Positions 39,734 to 49,033 of a DNA stretch of 64,000 nucleotides are shown in pieces. Below the pieces are notes generated by a model, which was not told where the DNA came from, searched no databases, and saw only the letters and a program-made list of their open reading frames with translations. Each line of letters opens with the position of its first letter. The first letter of the stretch is position 1. The position numbers and the translations under genes are program-made. Source of the stretch: an uncultured Actinomycetes bacterium (GTDB lineage: Bacteria; Actinomycetota; Coriobacteriia; Anaerosomatales; PHET01); the NCBI GenBank assembly GCA_947085035.1, contig CAMTUW010000005.1, positions 22,057 through 86,056 on the forward strand, given 5' to 3'.

Positions 39734-40585
39734 GTGGAGCAGGCCTCGGTAGTCATGTTCTGGTTCGCTTTCGCACTCTATATCTGCGCGTCGGTGCTCT
39801 ATGCGTATCAGTTCGGACTCAAGCACCACAAGGTCGGTTGGTGGGCCCGATTCGCCACCGGCGCCGGCTTCATCATGCAGACGCTGTCGATCGGCATGAA
39901 CTCGATGGTGAACGATGGCACGCCGCTCACGGGGTCGAACCAGCTCGTCTTGGCGTCTTGGGCGCTCGTCTTGCTCTACTTCGTCATGGAGCACGTGATG
40001 CGCATACGTGCGTACGGGGCGTTTCTGGTGCCCGTCGCGGCCTTGGCGATGGCCGTCGCTCAGCTCATGGGTGGGGGCGGTTCAGGATCTCTCGTCCCGC
40101 CGGATCCCAACATCGCGACCCAGCTTGACAGTTGGGGCGTGGGTATTCATGTCGCACTCATCGTCTTCGCGAACGCGGGCTTCGCCGTTGGCGCCGTCTC
40201 CTCAGCGCTCTACCTCTTCCAGGAGTCTCAACTGAAGAGGCACCGCACCAGCCGGGTGGGTCGCAGGCTCCCGTCGCTTGCCCTGCTCCAAGTCGTCGCG
40301 CGTCGCGCGATCGCGCTTGCGTTTCCGGTGTATTCGGCCGGTCTGGGTCTCGGGATCATCCGGGCGATGCAGGTCGACGTGGGCGGCTGGTGGCTCGATC
40401 CGCGCATCATGATGTCGGGTATCGTCTTGCTCACCTTCGCGGTCTACCTCAGATTCGTCTACCGTCCCGACATCTCGAGCCGTACCAGCGCGTGGCTGGC
40501 GGTCACGGGATTCGTCTTCGTGGTGCTTCTCGCGATCATCGCTCGTACACTGCCGATGGGATTCCACATCTTCGGTCAGCTGTAG
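39734..40585 (+). CDS. CcsA/HemX-like membrane protein (cytochrome c assembly family)
   Basis: About 8 TM, GIHV, LYLFQESQLK..RLPSL, WWLDPR; precedes sirC-like gene. Confidence 0.8.
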   Translation: MEQASVVMFWFAFALYICASVLYAYQFGLKHHKVGWWARFATGAGFIMQTLSIGMNSMVNDGTPLTGSNQLVLASWALVLLYFVMEHVMRIRAYGAFLVPVAALAMAVAQLMGGGGSGSLVPPDPNIATQLDSWGVGIHVALIVFANAGFAVGAVSSALYLFQESQLKRHRTSRVGRRLPSLALLQVVARRAIALAFPVYSAGLGLGIIRAMQVDVGGWWLDPRIMMSGIVLLTFAVYLRFVYRPDISSRTSAWLAVTGFVFVVLLAIIARTLPMGFHIFGQL

Positions 40586-40595
40586 GACGGTATCA

Positions 40596-41258
40596 GTGGC
40601 CGAACAGACCAAGCGTTTCTACCCGGCCTTCCTCGATCTGGAGGGTCGTTCGGTCGTCGTCATCGGACCGGGCCGTCGTGCTGAGCGCAAGGCTCGCCAG
40701 CTTGCGGGGTACGGCGCCAGCGTCGTGCTGATCACGCCCGAGCCCTCGATCTCGATTCTCCAGTCACAGGTCGAAGGGCTCCTCGACGTCGAGTCGCGCG
40801 CTTATGTACGCGGTGATCTCGAGGGCGCGACGCTGGTTTTTTGCGACGACACCGACGCCGAGACGCGCGGGGCGGTCGCGGCCGAGGCGCGTGGCGTGGG
40901 GTGCTTGACCAACATCACCGGCGATGCATCGCTCACGAGCTTCCTCGCGCCCAGCATCATCCACCGCGAGCCGCTTCAGATCGCTGTCTCGACCGGCGGC
41001 GTGGTTCCGCAGCTCGCCAAGCACCTGAGGCGGACGCTCGCCGAGCAGTTCGGCGAGGAGTGGGCGGCGTATTCGCGGCTTCTCGCCGAGGTCAGGGGGG
41101 TCGCGATCGAGCGTCTCACCTCGACTGCGGCTATCGACGATGTGTTAGAGGCGGTCATCGTCTCGGATCTGCTCGAGCGTGTGCGCCTCGGCGACGCGCC
41201 TTCGGCGACACGGGTCTTCGAGGAGTTCGCACCTGCCGAGGAGGGGGTCATCTCATGA
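40596..41258 (+). CDS. Precorrin-2 dehydrogenase / sirohydrochlorin ferrochelatase (SirC, CysG N-terminal type)
   Basis: YPAFLDLEGRSVVVIG, AERKA, LQIAVSTGG..P.LAKHLR. Confidence 0.85.
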   Translation: MAEQTKRFYPAFLDLEGRSVVVIGPGRRAERKARQLAGYGASVVLITPEPSISILQSQVEGLLDVESRAYVRGDLEGATLVFCDDTDAETRGAVAAEARGVGCLTNITGDASLTSFLAPSIIHREPLQIAVSTGGVVPQLAKHLRRTLAEQFGEEWAAYSRLLAEVRGVAIERLTSTAAIDDVLEAVIVSDLLERVRLGDAPSATRVFEEFAPAEEGVIS

Positions 41259-42073
41259 GTGCTCGACAAACCGCGATCGTCACGGGGGGGAGCTCGGGCA
41301 TCGGTCTCGCGATCGCCAAGGCTCTCGCCGCCCACGGCTACGACGTCGCCCTCATCGCGCGCGATGTCGTCCGGCTCGAGGCCGCCGCCGAGGCGGTGCG
41401 CCATGGCGCCGCACGCGCCGACGTCCGCGTCGCCTGGCGAAGCGCCTGTCTGTCGTCGTGGGAGGATACGCAGACCGCGTTCGAGCAGCTCTTCGCCGAG
41501 GGTTTCTCGCCGGACGTGCTGGTGTGCTCCGCCGGCGTCATCATCCCCGGCGAGTTCATCACGATGGCGCCCGAGGACTTCGAGGCGAACCTGACCGCCG
41601 GTTTCTGGGGTGTGGTCCATGCTTGTCGGGCAGCGGCTCCCGGGATGGTGAAGCGGGGGCGGGGCCACATCGTCAACGTCTCCTCCGTCGCCGGATTCCT
41701 GGGTATCTACGGCTACACCGGCTACTCGGCAGCCAAGTACGCGGTCATGGGATTCTCCGAGGCCCTGCGCTTCGAGATGCGGCCTCACGGGGTCCGAGTC
41801 TCGGTTGTCTGCCCGCCCGACACCGACACGCCCGGCCTTGCGTACGAGCGTTCCCTGCGACCGGTCGAGACCGAGGTCATCGCCGGAGCGATCAAGCCCA
41901 TTCCCGCCGAGAAGGTCGCCCACGCTGTCATGCGAGCGATCGAGGCCGGCCGTTACTTGGTCATCCCAGATGCGCTCTCGGCGTTCTACTTCCGGCTCAA
42001 GGGCATCGCGCCCGAGTTGTTCCACGCCATCGTTGACAGCGACATCGCGAAGGCGCGAAAGGGCAAGCGGTAG
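41255..42073 (+). CDS. Short-chain dehydrogenase, KDSR-like
   Basis: TGGSSGIG, YSAAK catalytic motif, PPDTDTPG. Confidence 0.85.
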   Translation: MSARQTAIVTGGSSGIGLAIAKALAAHGYDVALIARDVVRLEAAAEAVRHGAARADVRVAWRSACLSSWEDTQTAFEQLFAEGFSPDVLVCSAGVIIPGEFITMAPEDFEANLTAGFWGVVHACRAAAPGMVKRGRGHIVNVSSVAGFLGIYGYTGYSAAKYAVMGFSEALRFEMRPHGVRVSVVCPPDTDTPGLAYERSLRPVETEVIAGAIKPIPAEKVAHAVMRAIEAGRYLVIPDALSAFYFRLKGIAPELFHAIVDSDIAKARKGKR

Positions 42074-42239
42074 TCCAGTGCGGCGGTGCTCCTGAGAGTC
42101 ACCCGGGATCGCGCGTGCTCTTCACAAGAGGTCGAGCGGCGTGAACACATCAGACACCCGAAAGGCGGACTATTGATGTCGGACCGGGTGACGCCCCTCC
42201 ATCTGCCTGACACGTCCGCACTGGCAGGGAAGTAGCCGC

Positions 42240-42295
42240 GTTCACGAACTCCGCTTGCGGCGTTCACATCCGGTTCAAACCCGGGGCGTAGATTC
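42240..42295 (+). promoter_or_regulatory. OmpR-type direct repeats and promoter
   Basis: TTCAC at 42241 and 42263, TTCAA at 42274 (22- and 11-bp spacing), -10-like TAGATT at 42289. Confidence 0.55.
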
Positions 42296-42336
42296 AACTT
42301 GTACGATCGGTCCCGCAGTATCGAGAGGAGAGCACG

Positions 42337-42903
42337 ATGAAGATGAGAAGGGTAGCGGCGCTCATGGCCGCAGCGCTCGTGGTCGGCGTGGTAGCCGGCA
42401 ACGTGGCGACCGGAACGGCAGCGCCAACCGCCGACACCACGGCCGGAACCGTCACGGGACTCGGCCTGCGCCTCGGCGCGGTCGTGCGTGACGCGGGTGG
42501 TCGCTTGGGCGACGTGGTCGCTGGTCTCACTGGCCTCACGGCCGACGAGGTTCACGCACAGCGCGAAGCAGGCACTTCGTTCTCGGCTATCGCAAAGAGC
42601 AAGGGCGTCGCCTCAACGGCGGTCGTCGCGGAGGCACTGAAGATCCGCTCCGAGGTTCTCGAGAAGAAGGTCGCCGACGGCACCATCACTCAGGATCAGG
42701 CCGATGCGGCTCTTGCTCGCATGAAGACGCGCGTCACCGAGCGTGTCGAGGCGACCGGCGAACCAGTGCGCGGCGGTATGGGTCGGGGAATGGGCGGCAA
42801 GGGCCGGGGCATGCGTGACGGCTCCGGCGGCGGTCAGGGTTGCGGCATGGGCACAGGCTGCAGTGGAGGCACGTGCGCTCAGGCCCCGGCGACCACGCAG
42901 TAG
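42337..42903 (+). CDS. Secreted helical protein with Gly/Met/Cys-rich tail
   Basis: Signal peptide; VADGTITQDQAD motif; GMGRGMGG..GCGMGTGCSGGTC tail. Confidence 0.75.
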   Translation: MKMRRVAALMAAALVVGVVAGNVATGTAAPTADTTAGTVTGLGLRLGAVVRDAGGRLGDVVAGLTGLTADEVHAQREAGTSFSAIAKSKGVASTAVVAEALKIRSEVLEKKVADGTITQDQADAALARMKTRVTERVEATGEPVRGGMGRGMGGKGRGMRDGSGGGQGCGMGTGCSGGTCAQAPATTQ

Positions 42904-42921
42904 GGCTCTCGCGGTCAACGG

Positions 42922-42962
42922 GTTCGAGGGGCGGGGCCGAACCACGGCTCTGCCCCTCGAAC
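42922..42962. terminator. Long GC hairpin
   Basis: GTTCGAGGGGCGGGGCCG-5 nt-CGGCTCTGCCCCTCGAAC; no T tail. Confidence 0.55.
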
Positions 42963-43034
42963 GTCTCGAGCCCGACGGCGAACGCGCCTGTCGTGGGATA
43001 CTCCCATGGAGATGACGCTTTGAGCGGAGTGGAG

Positions 43035-43709
43035 ATGCCGACTGTCCTCGTCGTAGATGACAACGAGAAGATCGTGGAGGTGCTCGCCGAGTATTTGGCG
43101 GATGCGGGCTACGCGACGCTGACGGCGTACGACGGCCCGGCGGCGCTCGCGCAGTTCGCCGCGAATCGGCCCGATCTCGCCTTGCTCGACATCATGTTGC
43201 CCGGTGTCGACGGCATCGAGCTCACGAAGCGCTTCCAGGCCGAAGGCGTCCCTGTGATCCTCGTGACGGCGAAGGGTGACGAGGTCGATCGGCTCGTCGG
43301 TCTCGAGATCGGGGCCGACGACTACATCGTCAAGCCGTTCTCGCCACGGGAAGTGGTTGCGCGGGTGAAGGCCGTGCTGCGGCGCTGTACACGCACTGCC
43401 GACTCCATGGCGCCCGTGGCAGTCGGTGACCTGTCCATCGACCCTGACCGGCGAGCGGTGCACGTCGCAGGCGAGTCGGTTCATCTGACGCGAACGGAGT
43501 TCGACATCCTGCTCACGTTGGCGTCTCATCCTGGGCGCGTCTACACCCGGCTGCAGTTGCTCGACGCTGCCAGCGGGGACGCGTTCGAAGGTTACGAGCG
43601 CACGATGGACGCCCACGTGAAGAACATCCGCAAGAAGCTCGGTGACGATTCCAAGCATCCGCGCTACATCCGCACCGTTTTCGGTGTCGGCTACAAGCTG
43701 GAAGCGTGA
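43035..43709 (+). CDS. OmpR family response regulator (BaeR-like)
   Basis: VVDD, LDIMLP, KPFSPRE, RTVFGVGY. Confidence 0.92.
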   Translation: MPTVLVVDDNEKIVEVLAEYLADAGYATLTAYDGPAALAQFAANRPDLALLDIMLPGVDGIELTKRFQAEGVPVILVTAKGDEVDRLVGLEIGADDYIVKPFSPREVVARVKAVLRRCTRTADSMAPVAVGDLSIDPDRRAVHVAGESVHLTRTEFDILLTLASHPGRVYTRLQLLDAASGDAFEGYERTMDAHVKNIRKKLGDDSKHPRYIRTVFGVGYKLEA

Positions 43710-43713
43710 GCCG

Positions 43714-44838
43714 ATGCGTCGGCTCAGTCTCAGAGCGCAGGTCTTCGTCTCTATCCTGAGTGTCTCGCTCGTGTCCGCGGGTATCGTGGGACTTGCTGCT
43801 CGCACCACGCTCACGAGGGCGTTCGAGAACTACCTGGCGTCCTTGCCCACGCCGTCGAGAATGGGCGGCGGGCGGCGCATGGGTCGCATGATTCTGTCCG
43901 GCGCCGAGCAGGCTTTCGTCTCTGGGGTCGACCGCAGCGTGCTGATGGCATCGCTCGTCGCGATCGGCGTCGCGGCCGTGGTGGCGTTGGTGCTTGCCGC
44001 ATACCTCGCTCGGCCGATCATGCGGCTCGAAGAGGCGGCGCACGGGCTGGCCGAGGGTGACTTGAACCACCGTGTCGACGTGGATGGGCCCGCCGAAGTA
44101 GCGGCGCTCGGTGAGGCTTTCAACGCAATGGCCGACTCGCTTGCGCAAGCCGAAGAACTGCGACGACGAATGACCGCCGATGTGGCCCACGAACTGCGCA
44201 ACCCGCTCGCTGCGGCCCGGGCCCAAGCCGAAGGCATGGTCGACGGGGTTCTGCAGCGCGACGACACGCGCCTCGCCTCGCTCGTCGAGGATCTCGCACA
44301 CCTCTCGGCCCTCATCGACGATCTACAGGAACTGGCCATGGCCGAAGCGGGCCGCCTCAGCTACGACATCCGCGAGGTCGACCTGTCCGAGCTGGCGCGT
44401 CGCGAGGCGGAGCGCGCCGTGGCGCTGCTGAACAGCGGCGTTACCTTGGCGCCCTACGACGGACCGACGGGGCCCGTGCTCGTCTCGGGAGATGAGCGAC
44501 GGCTCGCGCAAGTCCTGCGGAATCTGCTGTCGAACGCTGCACGGCACACCGAGGCGGGCACCGTTGGGGTGAGCGTGGCGGTCGAGGATGGCGGGGTGAG
44601 AGTGAGTGTGGTCGACACAGGGCGGGGCATTGATGTCGACGATCTCACGCATGTCTTCGAGCGGTTCTACCGTGCCGACAAGGCACGCGCATCCCACACG
44701 GGCGGAGCGGGACTGGGGCTTGCCATCTCGCGCACGATCATCGTCGACCACGGCGGCGAGGTCTTTGCGCAAAGTACGCCGGGCGAAGGCACGACAGTGG
44801 GCTTCATGCTGCCGCCGCTTGCTGCCACCGATGCCTGA
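43714..44838 (+). CDS. Sensor histidine kinase (BaeS-like)
   Basis: ADVAHELRNPL, NLLSNA, DTGRG, GAGLGLAI; RMGGGRRMGRM external loop. Confidence 0.9.
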   Translation: MRRLSLRAQVFVSILSVSLVSAGIVGLAARTTLTRAFENYLASLPTPSRMGGGRRMGRMILSGAEQAFVSGVDRSVLMASLVAIGVAAVVALVLAAYLARPIMRLEEAAHGLAEGDLNHRVDVDGPAEVAALGEAFNAMADSLAQAEELRRRMTADVAHELRNPLAAARAQAEGMVDGVLQRDDTRLASLVEDLAHLSALIDDLQELAMAEAGRLSYDIREVDLSELARREAERAVALLNSGVTLAPYDGPTGPVLVSGDERRLAQVLRNLLSNAARHTEAGTVGVSVAVEDGGVRVSVVDTGRGIDVDDLTHVFERFYRADKARASHTGGAGLGLAISRTIIVDHGGEVFAQSTPGEGTTVGFMLPPLAATDA

Positions 44839-44910
44839 CTATGCGCAGCGCCGCCCCCGCCACGGTAGGACCGGGACCACGGCGACTGAGACCCCGACCA
44901 TCACCTATAG

Positions 44911-45336
44911 GTGCAGTAGGGTACCAGCTGGCTCGCCGCGACTCTCGTCGTCATGTTGGTGCTCGGACTCGCGGCCAACGCATACGGGGAAGAGCCCGAC
45001 TACGAGGGCACGTACGTCGGGATGGTCACCACCAACACGGGGCGCAAGGTTCCCATCATCGTGTACGCGCGCGGACAAGGGGATCAAGCCGTACTGACAC
45101 TGGGTGTCGAAGGCTACACGGTCAGAGTCGCCGACGCGGCGCTTCACCTTGGACACCGGCTATCCGAGGATCTCGATTTGTTCAGCGAGTGTTCGTGGTT
45201 CTGGACTCAATCGGCTCCGGCTCTCTCTGCGTGCGGTGCGCCCATCGTCGATCTTCAGGAGGAGGTCCGGCGCGATGTCGTCGGCCAGATGCTCGACTAC
45301 GCGGCCAACGGGTTGCGGTACTGGCCGATCTCCTAG
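44911..45336 (+). pseudogene. Mosaic remnant of several unrelated genes
   Basis: GTG-CAG-TAG stop before a signal-peptide-like run; AbiEii-like ALHLGHRLSEDLDLFSE piece; RRDVVGQMLDYAAN piece. Confidence 0.6.
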
Positions 45337-45438
45337 TCGGCCGCAGCCGCGTCCTGGATCTCCTCGATCAGCCGCCTCGACCGATGCAGTTGGTAGTGAT
45401 ACGCTGAAGCAGTAGTTTAATACTGATTGGGAGCCGTC

Positions 45439-46245
45439 ATGCCAACCAAGTCCTCGATGACGTCACGGTATCTCGAGGAGCACGCCGTGTTCACGCTCGA
45501 TGAGTTCCTGTCGGATGTGGACAACAGCGTCAGCGAGTCCACGCGCTACACGAACCTGCGCAACGCCGTGGAGCGCGAGCAGGCGCGCCGACTCACGCGT
45601 GGACTGTACGCGTCGAATATGGGTCCGTACCGCGACCGAACTCCACGTGCCGCGCTGGTAGCCGCCAAGAGCGCCCCTGACGCCGTTCTCGCGTACCACA
45701 CCGCCCTCGAGGCGCACGGCGTGGCGCACTCCGTCTCGCGCCGAGTGCTGTTCGTGTCAGGGCGGCGTGTCAGCATGTTCACCGTCGATGGCTACCGCTT
45801 CGAGCGGGTTGCTCCTCCGAAGCGTCTTGCCGACCCTACCGCGGAGCGGCCATATGTGCAGCTCGTGCGCTCGGGCGACGATCTCGTCACTGTGACAACG
45901 CCAGAGCGCACACTGGTCGACTGCCTGATGAGGCTCGACCTGGCCGGAGGCTTGGAGGAGACACTGCGAAGCGCGGGGGGCTTCCCGAACATGGATTCCG
46001 GGCGAGTTGCGGAGTACGTGAGCGCCCTGGGGTCACCGACCGCAGCGGCCAGGGCCGGATGGCTCCTCGACCTCGGGCGCCGGATGTGGCACGTCTCAGA
46101 ATCGGATCTCGATCGGCTCCGCACGATGGTCGGGCGTGGGCCCCACCGGCTGACTCCCGGATCGACGTTCTCCGCGGAGTTGATCGCAGCATGGCGGCTG
46201 TACGCGCCCTCAGGACTGCCGTATGAGGAGTGGATCCGATCGTGA
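45439..46245 (+). CDS. Type IV TA antitoxin, AbiEi family
   Basis: N-terminal wHTH (VFTLDEF..RLTRGLY), AYHTALEAHG, VTTPERTLVDC. Confidence 0.85.
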   Translation: MPTKSSMTSRYLEEHAVFTLDEFLSDVDNSVSESTRYTNLRNAVEREQARRLTRGLYASNMGPYRDRTPRAALVAAKSAPDAVLAYHTALEAHGVAHSVSRRVLFVSGRRVSMFTVDGYRFERVAPPKRLADPTAERPYVQLVRSGDDLVTVTTPERTLVDCLMRLDLAGGLEETLRSAGGFPNMDSGRVAEYVSALGSPTAAARAGWLLDLGRRMWHVSESDLDRLRTMVGRGPHRLTPGSTFSAELIAAWRLYAPSGLPYEEWIRS

Positions 46246-47177
46246 CCCGGCCGATCCTCGCGGTGCCCAAGGGATTCGACCCGCCCGTCATCGAGAAGGT
46301 CGAACGCCTTCTCGAGATGCTTGACGCCATCGCGAACAACCCCTACCTCGAGTCCCGGTTGATCCTGCACGGCGGCACCGCCCTGAACGTGTTCCACGCG
46401 GACATGCCCAGGCTCTCCGTGGACATCGACCTCGCATACGCGGGCTCTCAGACGGTGGAGGGCATGCTCGAGGAGCGGCCCAAGGTCGATGGAGAGATCA
46501 GAGCGCTTGCAGCCAAACTCGGCTACGCCGCAAGGTCGCTTCAAAACGAGCACAGCGGGCAGTCATACCGTCTGCGGTACGGCACCGATTCCATCAAGGT
46601 GGACGTGAGTTACCTCGCGCGAGTGCCGCTCCTCGAACCGGTCATGGTCACGTGTTCGCGTTGTCGGCCGGCCGTCGCCTTCGCAACGCTCCAGCTGCCC
46701 GAGCTCGTCGCCGGCAAGGTGTCGGCTCTGGTGGATCGCACCGCGCCTCGCGACCTGTATGACATCGCGAGACTGGCGAGCGCAGTGGAGGCTCCCCGTC
46801 TGGACAGTGGCTTGGCACGGTCGGTGATCCTCCATGCCGTGTCGCTGACCGACCGCTTCCCCTTCGAACGCGATCCCGCTGGTGCCGCCGACAAGTTCGC
46901 GGAGCCGACCGAGGCGCAGGTGCAGGAGCTTCGCGGTGTGCTGACCGCTGCAGATCCGGCTGGCTTCGACGACATGCGTGCGTGTGTCGCTGCGTACCTC
47001 AGCCCACTGTCGATACTGACGCCGGCTGAGGCTGAGTACATGGAACTCCTGGGTACCACCGGACAACACGCTCCCGAGTTGCTGTTCGGCGGATGGCCGG
47101 ATATCGCCGAGCGCGCCCGCGTCAGCCCCGTGGTCGCTTGGAAGGTGCAGAACCTGCGCAGGATGCTCGGTCGCTGA
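46230..47177 (+). CDS. Type IV TA toxin, AbiEii nucleotidyltransferase
   Basis: LHGGTALN, RLSVDIDL, KVSALVDR..RDLYD; overlaps antitoxin. Confidence 0.88.
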   Translation: MDPIVTRPILAVPKGFDPPVIEKVERLLEMLDAIANNPYLESRLILHGGTALNVFHADMPRLSVDIDLAYAGSQTVEGMLEERPKVDGEIRALAAKLGYAARSLQNEHSGQSYRLRYGTDSIKVDVSYLARVPLLEPVMVTCSRCRPAVAFATLQLPELVAGKVSALVDRTAPRDLYDIARLASAVEAPRLDSGLARSVILHAVSLTDRFPFERDPAGAADKFAEPTEAQVQELRGVLTAADPAGFDDMRACVAAYLSPLSILTPAEAEYMELLGTTGQHAPELLFGGWPDIAERARVSPVVAWKVQNLRRMLGR

Positions 47178-47240
47178 CAACGGCGCCGATCGCACGGTAC
47201 GCGTGGAGGATCCGAGAACCATGAGGATGGAGGATGGAAG

Positions 47241-48956
47241 ATGTCGTCTGACCTGAGCTTCCGTGAGTTCATCGAGCGCGTCGAGAGTCGAGTTGACGGC
47301 TACTCGATCGAGACCCTGCGGGAGATAATGCTCGACTGGGCCAAGAACACGCCTCCCAAGAAGCGTCATGACTTCTTGGACAAGCTCGTCCCTCCCGCGC
47401 CATCACCACATCCGGTGTCCGCCGCGGAGTTGCTGGATGAGATCGATGCCCTCGCCACGCGAGTGCGCAACGGTGACTACTGCACCGGTTGGGGTTGGGA
47501 CGATGCGATTCGGGAGGAAAGAGACTGGGGCGACGAGAGCTGGACGTACGAGATGGACCCTCTCTTCGCCGAAGCGCGTGAGGCTCTCATGAACGAGCGC
47601 CCCGGATTGGCCGAAGAAGCGTACACGGCGTTGTTCGACATTCTCGAGATGGGCGACGAGCCCGGGCACCTGCCCGGAAGCCGCGACCCTCGCGACATCC
47701 TGGACACCGACCTCGAAGAGGCGCGCCGACTCTACCTGCAGGCGGTCTATCGGTCAGCAGAGCCCGACGCGCGACCTTTCGCGCTGATGCAGGCCATCGA
47801 CAGATTCGGCTATTCGGTCGGAGCCGACCTCGATCTGCGGCGCGTTGCCGATGCGGCACCTGGACCTCTGCCGGACCTCTCGGGCTTCCTTCCGAACTGG
47901 ATCGATCTGCTGCGAAGCAGGAACGACCGCGTCGGCCGCTATCTGCGGCGCGAGGCGGTCACCCTCTCCGGTGGGACTTCGGCTGTTGCCGCATTGGCGC
48001 GCGAAGAAGGAGACGATCATCCCGAGGCCTATGTCGACTGGATCGGACGCCTGGAAGAGGAGTCGGACTTCGAGGCGATGGCCGAGGCGGCGACCGAGGG
48101 ACTCGCGCGAGTCCACGAGGACCTCGTCGTGCGCGCGGATATCGCCGAAGGCCTTATGCGGGCAGGCGAGCGACTCGGCGATGCGTCGATGCAGTTGACG
48201 GGATGTCGTGAGGCTTTCCGCTCGAGACCGTCGCTATCCGATCTCCTGCGTCTTCTCTCGCTTGCCGGACTCCAGGGCCGCCACGCGGATGAGAGTGCGC
48301 AAGCGATAGCAAGAGTACGCTCGCTCTCGGAGAAGCAGGAACGCTCCAGGCGGGGCTTCCTTCGCGAGGATTACGAGACGCCGCGAAGTCAGGCACCCGA
48401 GGGCCTGTTACCGCAGGCGTATCTGCTCTCCGGGCGGTATGAAGACGCATTCGAGCTCTGCGACGACGACAGCCCTCTTGGTTGGAGCTACGGTGGCAAC
48501 CCGAAGGGTCTAGTGGTCCCGTTCTTCCTCATGCTCCTCTCCTGCGAGCCTGACTTGCGCGTCCCGGTTGGCTTGGAGCGGCTCTGGGAACCGGCGATGC
48601 GGACGACGTGGCAGCGCTCTGTCGGCGAGGACGTCGCGTCGAGGTTCCGGCTAGCCGCCATGGAGATCATCCGGTCTATTCAGTTGTCGGAGGGCGAGGC
48701 GACGAAGTACCTGCGTTGGTGTGTCGAGCAGACCGGCAAACGAGTGGACGCCATCGTCGGAGAGAAGCACCGCGGCAGCTACGGCAAGGCGGCGGACCTG
48801 CTGGTGGCGACCGCCGAAGTGCTTGCAAAGAAGAAAGCGAGATCCGACGGCGACGCGCTGATCACCACGTACCGCCAGCGATACAGCCGCCACTCGGCAT
48901 TCCAGAGCGAGCTGCGCCGCGCTCTCCAAGGGTCCACGCTACTTGCCGTGGGATAG
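47241..48956 (+). CDS. Uncharacterised 571-aa helical protein
   Basis: Long ORF with GGAGG RBS; GWGWDD..DWGDESW and HRGSYGKAA..YSRHSAF segments; no function recognised. Confidence 0.75.
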   Translation: MSSDLSFREFIERVESRVDGYSIETLREIMLDWAKNTPPKKRHDFLDKLVPPAPSPHPVSAAELLDEIDALATRVRNGDYCTGWGWDDAIREERDWGDESWTYEMDPLFAEAREALMNERPGLAEEAYTALFDILEMGDEPGHLPGSRDPRDILDTDLEEARRLYLQAVYRSAEPDARPFALMQAIDRFGYSVGADLDLRRVADAAPGPLPDLSGFLPNWIDLLRSRNDRVGRYLRREAVTLSGGTSAVAALAREEGDDHPEAYVDWIGRLEEESDFEAMAEAATEGLARVHEDLVVRADIAEGLMRAGERLGDASMQLTGCREAFRSRPSLSDLLRLLSLAGLQGRHADESAQAIARVRSLSEKQERSRRGFLREDYETPRSQAPEGLLPQAYLLSGRYEDAFELCDDDSPLGWSYGGNPKGLVVPFFLMLLSCEPDLRVPVGLERLWEPAMRTTWQRSVGEDVASRFRLAAMEIIRSIQLSEGEATKYLRWCVEQTGKRVDAIVGEKHRGSYGKAADLLVATAEVLAKKKARSDGDALITTYRQRYSRHSAFQSELRRALQGSTLLAVG

Positions 48957-48970
48957 CCGCAGCCGCTCAG

Positions 48971-48990
48971 GCGGACAGCGGACAGCGGAC
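48971..48990 (+). repeat. Heptamer tandem repeat (GCGGACA), about 3 copies
   Basis: gcggacagcggacagcggac read directly. Confidence 0.7.
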
Positions 48991-49033
48991 GCGCCCCGAG
49001 TGGTAGCCTCGCGTGACAGTGGACTCAAGCCGA

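Noticed and set aside
42091-42098. CTCTCAGG on the minus strand, like a glycine riboswitch
   Set aside because: Other conserved blocks (GGAGA, CCGAAG) are missing and no suitable gene lies downstream.
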